Of a stretch of DNA of 64,000 bases, positions 12,111 through 25,001 are shown in pieces (the first letter of the stretch is position 1; every line of letters begins with the position of its first letter). This DNA comes from Spirogloea muscicola (taxonomy: Eukaryota), in contig WELB01000002.1 in NCBI GenBank assembly GCA_009602725.1, positions 1,399,892 to 1,463,891 of the forward strand. The letters are read 5' to 3'. Under the pieces are notes generated by a model. That model had not been told where the DNA came from, searched no databases, and saw only the letters and a list, made by a program, of their open reading frames with translations. The position numbers were made by a program, and so were the translations under genes.

Positions 12111-13758
12111 ATGCTCCTCGCCGCCTCCGCCGCCGCGCCCGCCGCCCTCGCCGCCGCGCCCGCCGCCCGCCTCCGCCTCGCCTGCCGCCTCCGCCGCAGC
12201 GCCGCGCCCGCCGCGAGCATGGCGGCCCCCGCCACCAACTCCATGAAGGGCTGGTACTACGAGCACAAGGGCGACCCGCTGGAGGTGCTCAAGTTCGGCG
12301 ACCTGCCGGCGCCCAGCCCGGGCCCCAAGCAGGTGCTGGTGCAGGTCAAGGCCGCGGGGCTCAACCCCGTCGACAAGATGGTCATCACGGGCTTCCTCGG
12401 CGGCGACGCGCCGTTCCCTGTGAGCCTTGCCACCTTCGTGCTCGGTCTAATGCCGTCATCGTTCGTATTGTCCACGCTTAGCGAGGGGCGTCCTCGTCCA
12501 ACATGCACGAACCAGCTGAACTTGGTGCATTGTGACGTCTGGGTGCTGCTTCGCCTAAGGACGCTTGTGGTGATTAAGCCACTGCTGGCTGGTCCAAGCG
12601 GCCACGTTACTCACGTTACCTTTGTGGTTGACTGATTCCTCCTTTTCGGTTGGGCTGTCGAGTCTCAGAGGACGCCTGGGTGGGAGCTTGCTGGCGTCGT
12701 CAAGGAGGTGGGTGATGGCGTGACGAAGTTCAAGCCTGGTGACGAAGTTTACGCTGGGACGGGATGATCACGAATGGCAGCTTGGCGGAGCTTGCACTCA
12801 TTTCGGAAGCTGCATTGGCCCCCAAGCCCTCGAATATGTCATTTGTGGAAGCTGTGGCTGTGCCTGTGGGCACAATGACGGCCCTGCAAGTGCTTCGAGC
12901 TGCTGACCTGAAGGAAGGCCAGAAGGTCTTCATCAGTGCTGGTGCTGGTGGTGTCGGCTCCATTGCTATCCAGGTCCACGCCTGCAAATTTCGCCTCTTG
13001 GTGTTAGCTGGCATGACCACTGAAAAGGGGCTTAAGAGTCCAGGCATAAAGTATGTCTTCTGAGGTGATTGACGCACCTTGCTGTACGTAGCAGTTGGTC
13101 GTTTGCTGCCGTGCTGGGGCAGCTGCTGCTTACTTACCGTGCACGCCACGCTAGCCTGTGCAGTTGGCCAAGGTGGTCTTTAAGGCCGGTGAGGTTGCCT
13201 CGAGCGCCAGTGCGCCTAAGCACGACCTCCTCAAGAGCCTTGGCGCTGACCGCGTGATCGACTACAAAACTGAGAAGGTTGAAGAGGTCCTGTCAGACTA
13301 CGATCTTGTTTTTGACGCCGTGGGTAAGACAGCGAACAGACCTTCAGACCTGAGCTTTTGTATTTCATCTGTCATATGTCGATAGCTTCGATCCTTATGT
13401 ATATATTGTGCCTCAATCTATTGCAGCACATCTTTGTTTACACGGTACCGTGATACAAGCTGACCCACTGCCAGCCGCCACTATCTGTGCAGGTGAGGCC
13501 AGCAAGGGTCTCAAGATCATCAAGGAGGGCGGGAAGGTATTTACCATCGCCGACTTTGGAGCTCCTGAGCCGGTGCAGAAGATCCAGGTCAGTTTCAAGG
13601 GGGAAGAACTGGAGAAGATGACGCCATATTTTGAGAAGGGAGAGCTCAAAGTTATTTTGGACCCCACAGGCCCTTATCCTCTAGAGAAGGCCTCAGATGG
13701 CATTGCATACCTTCTCAAGGGCCGCGCCACTGGCAAAATTGTGATCACTGTCCCGTAG
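12111..13758 (+). pseudogene. AOR: Chloroplast-type NADPH alkenal/one oxidoreductase (MDR / quinone oxidoreductase-like), copy 1, with a 1-nt frameshift in exon 2
   Basis: Ala/Arg-rich transit-like N-terminus, VKAAGLNPVD, GAGGVGSIAIQLAK, GRATGKIVI over four exons. GAA GTT TAC GCT GGG ACG GGA TGA (stop 12765-12767) versus TAC GGC TGG GAC in copy 2 shows one missing G. Confidence 0.85.
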
Positions 13759-15741
13759 TAATGCTTTAATTTTACTGATGTAGCAGAATCTTAATGTGCT
13801 GTTGGTCATGTCATTGAAAAATATTAGTGAGGATAAGTTGAAGTAGAACCAGGCCTTAGCTTCTAGATCTGACGCTGTGATAGCAGCTCGCTCAGTTGCA
13901 CTAGAACAATTTAGAATCTCATAAGAGGTTCTTGTTATCTCGCTCAGAAGCTCTTCAGAAAGATGATGATGACTAGCTGTTTTCAAAAGCTCAGTCGTCG
14001 CCATGGAGCTACAAGTTGCCTGTCATGCACAACATGGTCACATCTGCTATTGTAGCACGTCAGCATGTTAGTCAGGCACTTGTGAGCAGTTCTTAAGTCA
14101 GAAATTCGACCAGTAACAGTAGACTGACGTAGGAATGCGACATGAACGTCTGCTGGAACACTCAGATTGAGCTTGAACACTTGCTTGCAAATGCCTTGAA
14201 GCATCTGCATGTACAGATCCGATAGTGCTGCCCCCTCTTTTCTCGGTCAAAAATTAGGGACTAATGCAGGAGTATAGACGAACGCATAAATTGGACACCA
14301 CGTGCTTGGTAATTATCTAAGTACAATCATACTATGCACACCTGGACTATCTAAGGGCCGCCTTGCCTGCAAGCGTCGAACGTGGGAAGCACATCAGAAC
14401 AGCCGCTTTCTGTTTAATATGCATACAAGCCTGGCTCTAACGGGTTAGCTTCAAGAACAGCCATATAGAGCTCGTCAAAGCTGTCAGAAGTTGGCACTGG
14501 CAACTACCCCAGCCCGGGAACTTCACAAGAAGCCCTCATCACAATGTGGTTGGTGAGGTGGTTGGCGAGCTGTGCTTGTGTATGTGCATGGAAACGAGGA
14601 GCAGTTACGTATACAGAGGTTCTGTGCACGTGAGCTTATCACCTGCCTTGGAATCTTGCGCTGCCAAGAAATGTGGCTAGCCTGCGCAGCATCAGGTCAT
14701 CATCCCCTGCAGGCCCTAAACACTTTCTGATCAGCATTTGGTGCACGCCACTGCCCGATAAACACAAAGTGCGTAAGTGGAGCACCTTGTTGCGGCCATG
14801 TCAAGCTTGAGAGTGGCCTTGGCCATCGGGGGGGCACGGCAGTCCTGCGTGTGGGCTCAAGATTGGTAACGACCAGCAGTGTGGAGGTCCTGCATTTAAG
14901 AGGCTGCACAACTTACTAAGCAGCGCAGTCGCCATAAAATCCACGATTGGAGCGAAGGCTGTGGAAAGCCACAAAATGATGAAGTAGGTCAAAGGAGTTG
15001 GAAAACGTGGTGACCATCTCGGCTGCCTGTTCAGTCTACCCCTAGTCAGCAGCCGCAAGCCGGAAAGACGGCGATCAGCACATAAGCTCTTCCAGTACAA
15101 GGCAATACATATCAACATCTTTCAGCTTGGAAAGAGCGGAAGTAGCTGCTGGGCTGCCCTTCCCATGCTTAGCGGGGCACGGCTACCTTGGAGGCTCTAT
15201 AGCCGTTGATGTGCATTGAAAGCGACGTCGCTCAATCCCTCGGCGACTCATCCAACGACTATCCTCGGAAGTGCCAACGCCGCCGGCAGCGACTGCACGC
15301 GCGGCTGGTGGGGTCAGCGGCCCCCGGCACGGACGTCAGCAGGTCGCTCCGGTACCACTTGGCACGCGCAGCGGCGCTCCCACAAGCGGCAAGCGGCCGG
15401 CGCGGCCACGGGCGCGCGCGGCGCGTCGCGGTAGCGGCGGGGCAAGTTAGCGACGGATTGCCGCGAGGGGCTGTCGAGGCGCTGGCGCCGTTAGCGGGGG
15501 TGGAACTGTCACCCTCCCCTCCTCCCCCCCCCACCTCCCTCCTCCCCCCCGGAGGAGGGAGGTTGCACCTGATTGCAGGCCCCCCCCTCCTCCCATTCTT
15601 CCGTTCTCACCTGGCCGTGATCCTGGCCGTGTCCTCCGTCGCCTCCTCCGCCGCACTCGCCGGCCCGCGCCTCCTCCGCCGCCGCAGTCCCGGCTCCGGG
15701 CAGCCACAAATCCCCGCCGCCGCGCCGCCACCGCCGCGAGC

Positions 15742-17226
15742 ATGGCGGCCGCCGCCGGCTCCATGAAGGGCTGGTACTACGAGCGCAGCGGCGACCCGCT
15801 GGAGGTGCTCCAGTTCGGCGACCTGCCGGCGCCCAGCCCGGGCCCCAAGGAGGTGCTGGTGGCGGTCAAGGCCGCGGGGCTCAACCCCGTCGACAAGATG
15901 ATCACCACGGGCTACCTCGGCGGCGACGTGCCGTTCCCTGTGAGCCTTGCCGCCTCCGTGCTCGAGCTACTACCGTCGTGGTGCTTGTTGTACACCAACT
16001 CGCGAAGCACGTCCTCGTCCGCCATGCTGGAACCAGCTGAAAGTGGTCTGATGCGATCAATGCACCAATCTGGTTGCTGGTCTGGTTGACCACTTGTGAT
16101 CGTAGAGCAAGTGCTGGCTAGTTCATGCGGCTACTTCACTGCACATTGTCACTGACTCCTCATCTTCGTCTGAGCTGTCGGACCCCAGAAGACGCCTGGG
16201 GTGGAGCTTGCCGGCGTCGTCAAGGAGGTGGGCGACGGTGTGACGAAGTTCAAGCCCGGAGACGAAGTCTACGGCTGGGACTGGCTGTTCGCACATGGCA
16301 GCTTGGCGGAGCTTGCTGTCATCCCGCAAGCTTCTCTGGCCCTCAAGCCGGCTAATTTGTCGTTTGTGGAGTCTGTGGCTGTGCCTGTGGGCACACTGAC
16401 GTCCCTGCAAGTGTTTCGAGCTGCTGACCTCAAGGAAGGCCAGAAGGTCTTCATAAGTGCTGGTGCTGGAGGTGTCGGCTCTATTGCTATCCAGGTCCCT
16501 GCCTGCCTTCTTGACCTTTGTTGCAGTCGCTGGCCTGGCCAGTAGTTCGTGACCTGGACGGCCCAGGCGCACTCATTCGACGATGAAGCACCACGACCTG
16601 TTCAGATGTTGCTTATTGCCGTGCTGGGGCGACTGCCCACTCACTCAGAGTGCGCGCTAGCCTGTGCAGTTGGCCAAGGTGGTATTCAAAGCCGGTGAGG
16701 TTGCCTCGAGCGCCAGCGCGCCTAAGCACGACCTCCTCAAGAGCCTTGGCGCTGACCGCGTGGTTGACTACAAGACTGAGAAGGTTGAAGAGGTCCTGTC
16801 AGACTATGATTTTGTATATGACTGCGTTGGTAAGTCAGTGCACAGGCCTTCAGACCTTACAGCTATTGCAGGTTACCTGAAGTTACTCGTTAGCCTCGAG
16901 TGCATTGCAGCACTACCATGATACAAGCTGATCCGCTGCTAAGCACCATCGTTTGTTCAGGAGAGCCAACCAAGGGTCTCAAAATCATCAAGGAGGGCGG
17001 AAAGGTCTTCACCATCGTCGATGCTGGGGCCCCTGAGCCGGTGCAGATGGTCCGGGTCACGTTCAAGGGGGAGGAACTGGAGCAGATGACGCCGTACTTT
17101 GAGAAGGGGGAGCTCAAGGTCATACTGGACCCCAAAGGCCCCTACCCTCTAGAGAAGGCCTCAGAAGGCTTGGCATACCTGCTCAAGGGCCGCGCCACTG
17201 GCAAAGTCGTCATCACCGTCCCCTAG
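15742..17226 (+). CDS. AOR: Alkenal/one oxidoreductase (MDR family), copy 2, intact but with no in-frame transit peptide
   Basis: Same four-exon structure as copy 1; reading frame open from MAAAAGSMKGWYY to GRATGKVVITVP*. Confidence 0.92.
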
Positions 17227-18639
17227 GAGCTCTTCCGTCATCTTCTGCCGTGTCTGACTAGAAAGGGCTCAAACGCTGGGTTTCTAGACACATCATGATG
17301 AAGCAATTCCAGTTTTGCTGTTGGCTATGTCTTTGAGAACTACAATGAGGATGACCTGCAGTAGACACTTCTCATCTGGGACCCAGGCCAATCGCTTCTA
17401 ACTTTGAAGCTGAGAGAGAACCACCTGCCATGTGTTCAATTGAAAATGCAAATGTGCAATCTTATGACAGATCCTTGTACCGCGCTCAGAAGCTGTTCAA
17501 AAATATTGAAAGATAAGAGGAAGCACCTGCTTGGCAGATTCAAGTCGTCCTATACCTCATGGCACTGTTGCTATTGTAACAAAGACAAGACAACGACAAG
17601 TGACGTTTCCTATGTTAATGTATCAACGTTGATACGGCTCATCTTGAGCTGTAAGAGGAACTTTTACTAGCTTAAAAAGTGTTGCAAAGCATCCGCTTGT
17701 ACAACATCAACGGCGCTGCCCACCTGTTCCAGTTTTAGAAGTACGAATGAGCGAATGCTTGTACCACGAAATGCTTACAGGGGACACTCTTTCACGGGCT
17801 GGATAGTTATCATTTACATGACTTATACCATCTTAAGCCCCCTCGCCTGCAGGCGCAGATCATGGGAAGCACTTCAATATCAGCTGCACCTTGTCCCACG
17901 TACGTACGCAAGCCCGGCTAAAAGGGTGATCTCAAAGACAGCCATAGTGCCCATGAAAGCTATTATAGTTGGCTTTGGCGTGCAAGACATGAATCGAGAC
18001 TCTCTTGGAAGCCTTCACTACACGGTGCGTAACTTAAATAGGCTGTTGAATATAGGACGTACACACGTTGTTAATTGCTCACTGGTACCGGGTTCTGAGC
18101 TCACACGCAAGACTGCCGTGCCCAGTCAGATGGCCGAGGCTACTTTAAGCTGGGCGTGGCCCGACAATGACAAGGTGCTACTTCTCACGCTTTGAATAGC
18201 CAGAAAGCTGACGTATGCATCAATCTCTGGTCAGAGGATCCGAGGCCCTGTAGGAGGGATGAACTGGTGCACAACTGCACCGGTGAGCCACATCTTCTGC
18301 ACTCAAGGCACATCTCCACCTCACATGCATTACACGTATTGCTTGAGGTGTAGGTAGGTGGCGAGCTGGACTTGTGTTCGTACCAGGAACAAGGCGCAGC
18401 TGATTCCTGAGCAAGTGAGCATCTGACATGCTCTAAAAGTTGCGCTGCCAAGAGACGCAGCTCGCCACTAATGTCGAGCATCAGGTCATCATCCTTTGAC
18501 TGGGCCTCAACTTTGCTGATCACCAGTGCATGTGGTGACCCCCTGTCTTGGGAAACTTGCAGGCCAGGAGCACCTCATCAGTGTCACGTCCACGCCAAGC
18601 TTGCCTGTAGCCTTGTTGACACGGTGGGGCACGGCAGTC

Positions 18640-18885
18640 CTGCATGTTCATTCTTTGTGGGCTGGGCTTCACAGCCACTCCCTTACATTGGTGTCTTTGC
18701 CATTCCCATTGGGAGTGCCACTTCTTCTTCTTCTTTGCTGTGTTTTTGCACGTCCTGTCTGTCCAGCGTTTCTGGGCTGGCCATTCAGAGCCCCCATCCG
18801 CTATGGAAGAGCTCACTTCGTGCAGCTTGTCCATTCCTTTGGGCTGGCCTCTCACAGCCACCAGTCAATTTTGCCGCGTTATATG
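18640..18885 (+). mobile_element. Three stacked retroelement 3' UTR ends (B-like and D-like)
   Basis: Three GGGCTGG...CAGCC/GAGCC hairpin modules; tails cccattgggagtgccac(ttc)n, tggaagagctcac and accagtcaattttgccgcg. Confidence 0.75.
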
Positions 18886-19091
18886 AAGAATGCGGCTGCT
18901 GATATAAATATCTGAGAAAGAAATGCATATTAATATGCAGCTTCAAGACGTGGTCCAGCTACAGTTGGTGCGGCCCACCAACTCCCGGGCACCCCCCCCC
19001 CTCGCCCCGCCTGCAGCTCCCGCGCCCGCATGGCGGCCCGCGGCGGCGGCGGCGCGGCGCTGNGCTGCCACCGCGGCCTGACGAGACCGGC

Positions 19092-19478
19092 ATGGGCGGC
19101 GGCACCAGGGCTGCTCTCGCCGGCGCGCTCGGCCGCCTGCGCGCCCACCAACTCGCGAGCTGGGGCTCCTGGCTTCCCGGCGGCAGCGGCTGCAAAGGCG
19201 GCGGCGGTGGCGGCGTCGACGGCGGCGGCGGCGGCGAGCCAGCGGCGGCAATGGAGACGCCGCCGACGATGCCGTGCCTGTGGGACAGCAACGAGCTGCC
19301 CGACGGCGCGCGCGCGCACCTGCGCACCTTCCACGGCACCTGGTGGGCGCCGCCGGCGGCCGCCGATGGCGGCTGGTCCGCGGGGCCGGTCGCCACCGCC
19401 GCAGACCCGCCGCCGACCGCGCTGGCCCTCGCCATCGTCCACGTTGCCGATCCGATTGCCGGTCCGCGCCCACCATGA
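19092..19478 (+). CDS. GC-rich ORF with a fascin/DUF569-like motif; possibly an upstream exon or fragment of the GH5 gene
   Basis: LPDGARAHLRTFHGTWW resembles the repeat LGDGTVLHIRSAANNKWL in the downstream GH5; coding-like codon bias. Confidence 0.4.
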   Translation: MGGGTRAALAGALGRLRAHQLASWGSWLPGGSGCKGGGGGGVDGGGGGEPAAAMETPPTMPCLWDSNELPDGARAHLRTFHGTWWAPPAAADGGWSAGPVATAADPPPTALALAIVHVADPIAGPRPP

Positions 19479-19609
19479 ATCAGCTAGAAGAAATTATAAC
19501 TATAAGCTTCTTATGACGCCGCCATCCACCATGTACACCTGTCGACGTGCTTGCCTCTGTGCTTGGCCACTCAGGCCCTCCATCGCTCAATGCACGCTCA
19601 AATTCCTCC

Positions 19610-22528
19610 ATGGCAGCTGCGGAGGCGTGCCCGGCGCAGCAGGGCGTGGCCGGGCACCTGCAGGCGCTCGGCATCGACGCCGTCGGCGGCAGCAACAGCG
19701 GCAGCACGTGCCCTGCCGAGCTTTACGTCGCGCTCAGGACGCCAGATGGGTGTCTGCTAGCCGTCGACGAGGACAGGTCGCTGAGCGCTGTGAAAGTGGC
19801 GCCCGGGTCAGCTCTGCATGCCGACGGCAACAGCTGTTCAGACAGCCACGCCGTGCCGGCAGCCGCCACCTTCCTAGCCCGCCGCATTGGCGACGCCCAG
19901 GTCGCCACCTACTGCCACCCTCATCCTGCATCAGACTCTGACATCAAAAAGCTTGATGTCAAATTCTAGCCCCACCGCCTCGTGTGGTGCAGCCTTCGCC
20001 CTGCACTGCAGTGAGCTCATTGGGCGCCGCCACTGGTTCTGCCGCATGGGCACAGGTCCAGCTGCAGTCCGTGGCTAATGGCCACTGGGTGCGAGCGCTC
20101 GACGATGGGTCCATCCGTGCCGATGCTGAGGCGCCGAGCGGCTGGGAGGCATTCCTGGTCCGGTACGTTGAAGCTGTGCAGCGCATTGCCGGCGCCAATC
20201 TCGGAGGTTGGCTCGTCGCCGAGCAGTGGATGGACCCCCCCGAGCTCTTCGCTGGCGCCCACCCGGTCTGGCCCGGCCGCCAATACCAATGCCGCAGCCG
20301 TCGCTGCCAGCACTTCTGGTCCCTGCCGCTGACTCGGCGCGTCCACCGGCGCTTGTGTCTGATGTGCAGGTCCTGGGCGACGGCACGGTGCTGCACATAC
20401 GCTCGGCAGCCAACAACAAGTGGCTGTGCGCGGAGGGCGGCGGCGGGGGGCCACTGGTAGCCAACCGCGACGACCCGCAGGGCTGGGAGACATTCTACGT
20501 CCAAACAGCAGCAGTCGCAGATGCCTGCAGCACGAGCCTGCACATCCGGGCCTCCAGTGGTCATTTCTGGACGACGGCCGCCGACGGCAAGCTCTTGGCA
20601 AGCGCGTAAGCTGCCTCTTATTCCACTATCGGCTCTCCTTTGACCTGCTGTGACAGTGGCAGCTCCCTGATGCGTCGCCTTGTGCGACTGCGGGGCTGCT
20701 GCCTGTATGGGGGTAATGACAGGAGGGATGCTGGCGAGCACGAGACTTTTGCAGTGCGGCTGCGAGAGCCTGAAGACAAGAGTGGTGGCTGCGGAGCAGC
20801 GATGCTGAAGGCAAGCAGCGGGGCATGGGTGCGCGTTGCTGAGGACGGCTCGCTCGCTGCCGATGTCTGGTGCGGCTCCTTGTCAAATGGCCCACAATAC
20901 CGCCAATGTCGGTGTCCGTGGCTCGATGAAGTCCACCAAATAGATGTTATGCTTTATAACTGAATCCCGGCGCAGCGGCTGACCATGGGATTGGCGGTGC
21001 GGAGCACAGGGAGGAGGCCCCAGACTGGGGCTCTGCATGCGAGCTCTGCTTGGACAAGGTGTCGGACATGGGCGGCGAGTGGCAGCTCAGCAAGGGACTC
21101 GGTGCTGCAGAAGCGGCACGCCGGCTTGCCGCTCACCGCGCATCCTTTGTCACAGAGGGAGACTTTGCCTGGATGGCAGCGAATGGCGTAAATGCGGCCC
21201 GCATCCCGGTTGGCTACTGGATTGCAGCCGACCCCCCACCTGGTACGACGACCGTTGAATCCTGACTGCAGGTCATGGCCGCCGCATGTTGCAGCCCAAC
21301 GCTACCAATTCAGTCGCCTTGACTAACGTGGCAGCCACCGCAATGGCAGAGCCCTTTGTGGCTGGCTCCATGGTGTACCTGGACAAGGCATTCGAGTGGG
21401 CTGCCACGCATGGTGTGCGTATTGTTGTCTGCTTGCATGCGGCACCGGGCTCTCAAAACGGGTGGGAGCACTCAGCCAGCCGCGATGGCATCCCCGAGTG
21501 GGGCCGGTCTGGCACGGACCACGTTGCCCGCTCCCTCGACGTTGTCGAGTGGCTCGCTGCCAGGTGCGGCGAGCATCTCGCCTTCCTCTCCTCCCTACTT
21601 CCTCCCATGCACCTCCCTTCTCCAAGCTCGCTGCTTGCTTTTCTCACAGCTCTTTTCCTCCCTCCTCCTCCGTCTACAGGTATGGGCAACACCCAATGCT
21701 GCTGGGCTTGGAGCTACTGAACGAGCCGCGTTCGGATGGTGCGCCGCTTGAGACACTGAAGCAATATTACCGGGATGGCTATGCTGCTGTACGTCGCCAC
21801 TCGAAGCGCGTGTATGTGCACATCTCCCCGCGCGTCTGGGCGCCAGACAGCGACTGGGCGGACTTCATGACCGGTGAGCCTGGGCTGCCGCCACTTGCAT
21901 GAAAGTTGCAGCTGGCAAATGCTGCTGTTCCATTAGCTCTGGCCAGATACCCTCCTCATACCCTCATTGCCCCCCCCCTACATTCAACTTTCACTCGCTC
22001 CTGCGTTCAGGCCATGATTATACGAATGTCATCTTTGACGTGCACTATTACAACGTGCACGATGCTGCTACCTTTGGTGGGAAGAGCGCCCAGTGGAACA
22101 TCGACTACGTGAAGGGTGCACGGCTGGACTACATCCGGTCGCTCGAGAGAGGCACGCGCCTCGTTTGCATAGGTGGGCTGCCCTCCCTCCCAAGCCGGAT
22201 CCATGCCACTGCAGCAGCACCACTGCGGGGTGCTTACCGACACCAATCAATGGCGGCGGCAAAACGGGGGTGGGCTGGTGCAGGGGAGTGGTCGAACGCG
22301 CTTCTGGGGGAGTGCCGGCCCGACGATGGCGTGTACACGGCGTTCGGCGAAGCACAGGTGGGTGCCTACACGCAGGCTAGTGCCGGCTGGTTTTTCTGGT
22401 CACTACGCCATGGGCAGGGTTGGCAGCCCTGGAGCCTGAAGGACTGCGTAGAGGCTCAGTGGATCCGGCCGCAGTGGTGGGGATTCAACGGCGCCGCTCC
22501 TGGCCAGTGCCGTGCCCCCGGCATGTAG
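19610..22528 (+). CDS. Glycoside hydrolase family 5 (exo-1,3-beta-glucanase-like) with fascin-like beta-trefoil insertions
   Basis: GANLGGWLVAEQWM, NAARIPVGYW, LHAAPGSQNGWEHS, LELLNEP (acid/base Glu), DVHYY, IGEWS (nucleophile), GWFFWS; fascin repeats WLCAEGGGG..ANRD..QGWETF. Confidence 0.92.
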
Positions 22529-23057
22529 AGCCAGGGTCACCAGTCATATGCAGTTGAAATTAAGATCGGAAGTCAGGAACCATAGACTCCAAAGTAGAGC
22601 CACGCAGGAGCGTTGAGGGCGCGGTAAAGGCAGTGCGGGGCTTGGCAGGTCTTGGCTCCGTGGAGCTTCTGAGGACGACCATATCACATGGTTCTCTTCC
22701 AAGCCCTTTGAGGCAACGGAGCCAGGCAAAGGCACTTAAGATTGGGAATCAGGTTCAGGTACACAAAAATGGCATAAACCTGCACACTTTGACATAGTAG
22801 TAGTCATTAACCCAATAGAGACTTCATAGAATACCATTTGTGCGGCGGATCGTGATGCCTCCAAAAAGGCATGAAGGGGTTGAGGGTCTAGGCTCGCCCG
22901 GTGCTTCCAATGGGCTTTAGGTGTTGCGCTTCAAGCGGTCAGCATGTGGTCTAGGCTGAAGAGCAGCTACCCCCGTACCCCGTTATCCCGTTACTATACT
23001 GCTGAAGCTGCTCGGTGACCTGGGAACCGCGTCGTGACGGCACTCGGCTGCCTCCAG

Positions 23058-23172
23058 GAATGCGTGTGTATTGAGAGATGGGGAGGCCATGTGTGGCCAA
23101 GTACAAACGCAAGCACATTGGACAAATCTTTCTCACAAATGTACGTCACCTGCTGCTAAGCTGACCCGCTCA
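23058..23172 (-). mobile_element. Family E retroelement 3' UTR upstream of URM1
   Basis: Nearly identical to 40055-40157 apart from a short internal insertion. Confidence 0.85.
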
Positions 23173-23336
23173 GTGGCCAGGGCCCCTCCAGGGGGGGCCC
23201 TGGCCACTCCTTGGCGGATGGCCAGGAGTTTGCTGTGCTGTGGGCCCCCTGCAACTCGTCTGGAAGCCGGGGGGAAGTTCGTCGGGCTGCCGACGCGCGC
23301 GCCCGGCAAGGCGTGTTGACGTGCCCGACGACTCCC

Positions 23337-23367
<31 letters not shown>

Positions 23368-23509
23368 GGCAGGTGGCGAGGGAGGGCCAGGCCGCTCTCT
23401 CTGCGCCGCATCGGCGCTCACGCGAGGCCCGCGGNGCGGCGGCGGCGGCTGAGGAGGAGAAGGAGAGTGGCAGCGGCGATCCTGACTTCTGAGGTGGCTC
23501 GCGCTTGCG

Positions 23510-24756
23510 ATGGTGCGCGTCAACCTGGAGTTCAGGTTCGTGCGGAGGCGGCGTCGCCGGCATTACCTGCGTCGCCGTTGGCGCAGCCGGGCCGGAGCGC
23601 CGTCCGAGCCCAAGGCGGCTCCAAGACGCCATCGCATCCATGTGAACGTAAAGCCACAAAAGTCCATTGAGATCCATTGAGGAGACTCAGGCCGGGATTG
23701 GACATTTTCTACTTGGCAGCGGCGGCCTGGAGCTTCTCGTCAGCGGCTGTAAGGTGCACCAAGCGGACATCGAGGCCGCCGCCACCGACGGCAAGGTGTG
23801 GCGACCACCCTGCACTCCCCTTTCGCGACTATGCCGGAGCCGCCTCCCATAGTGGGGCCCCGCCTGCGAGCCTCAGCAGCTCACCGCCTGCAATTCCGCT
23901 CCGCAACTCCGCTGGTGTGGAAGTGCGAACGGCTCATACCTCTCCTGATGGAGGGTCCTCAAGCTCACCGCATGGAACGAAGGGCCTGCTGTGTAAACCT
24001 CCCGTGGGCTGGTGGAGAAACCTCAGTGTATCCCACCTGTTAACCCTATCCATGACTCTAAAGCCCTAGAGTTTACAACCTCATGTTCTTCACTGAAAGC
24101 TTAGCTCTTGCAACCGAAGCTTAGCTGTGAAACGTTAGACCCCCAAAGCAAATTTGGGCCTCCAAGCTGCAGCACTTAGTGATGCTCACCTAGCTCAAGG
24201 CCGCAGCTGTGGGCACGTAAGCACTGAGCTCCTTGTGCAGCACTCAGGGGCTTGCAGCCCGCAGCTTCACGGCCGTATGCTGGAGCTCGGTTTTTGGCAT
24301 CCAAGTGTTCAGGAGGTGTAGGCGGGTCAGGTCTGCCTGCCTGGCTGACTAAGAACCGCAGGCTCAGCTTAGCTGGCGCTCGCATATGTGCAGCTCACGG
24401 TGGGAGCGGTGCTGCTTTGGGTGCGAGACCACCTCCTGACTGAGCGCCCTGAGATGCTCCTCAAGGGCCAGAGCGTGTGAGATTGCCTGCCCGCTCGCCC
24501 ACCCACGCACACGCAATGTCGGCGACTCAATTGAGCAGCCAGCTGCACCAGTCACGTGACCAAGGCTATGCACCACTTTGCCGTCCCGAACCCTATCCTT
24601 TGTGACAACATGGTGACATCTCAACCCCGTGTCCTCAGGCGGCCTGGCATTCTCGTCCTTGTGAATGACTGTGATTGGGAGCTGTGCGGGAAGTTGGCGG
24701 CTGAGGTGAGCAACGGCGACACAGTTGTCTTCATCTCCACCCTTCATGGAGGATAG
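23510..24756 (+). CDS. URM1: Ubiquitin-related modifier 1
   Basis: [15 protein letters not shown]..., [35 protein letters not shown] over four exons. Confidence 0.96.
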
Positions 24757-25001
24757 ATTTGGCATGGCAAGAATCAATTCCACGCCTATATCCAGCTTCT
24801 TGTACAACAATAACCCTACTGCTCCATGCTCTTTCATCCCAACAACAGCATCTTCCTTCCTTCCTTATCATGTTTGGCTGATCATAGGCAAGCCGTACTT
24901 GAGGTACGACTCTCCTGGTTCTTAGGTCGTTACATGACACTACCATAAAGTTCTCAGCCTCTGATAGCATCCTTCATGAGAATCCTCCTTCTGGGAGGGA
25001 G

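Noticed and set aside
12765..12767. In-frame TGA as selenocysteine or readthrough in oxidoreductase copy 1
   Set aside because: Alignment with copy 2 shows a 1-nt deletion; homology continues in a different frame.
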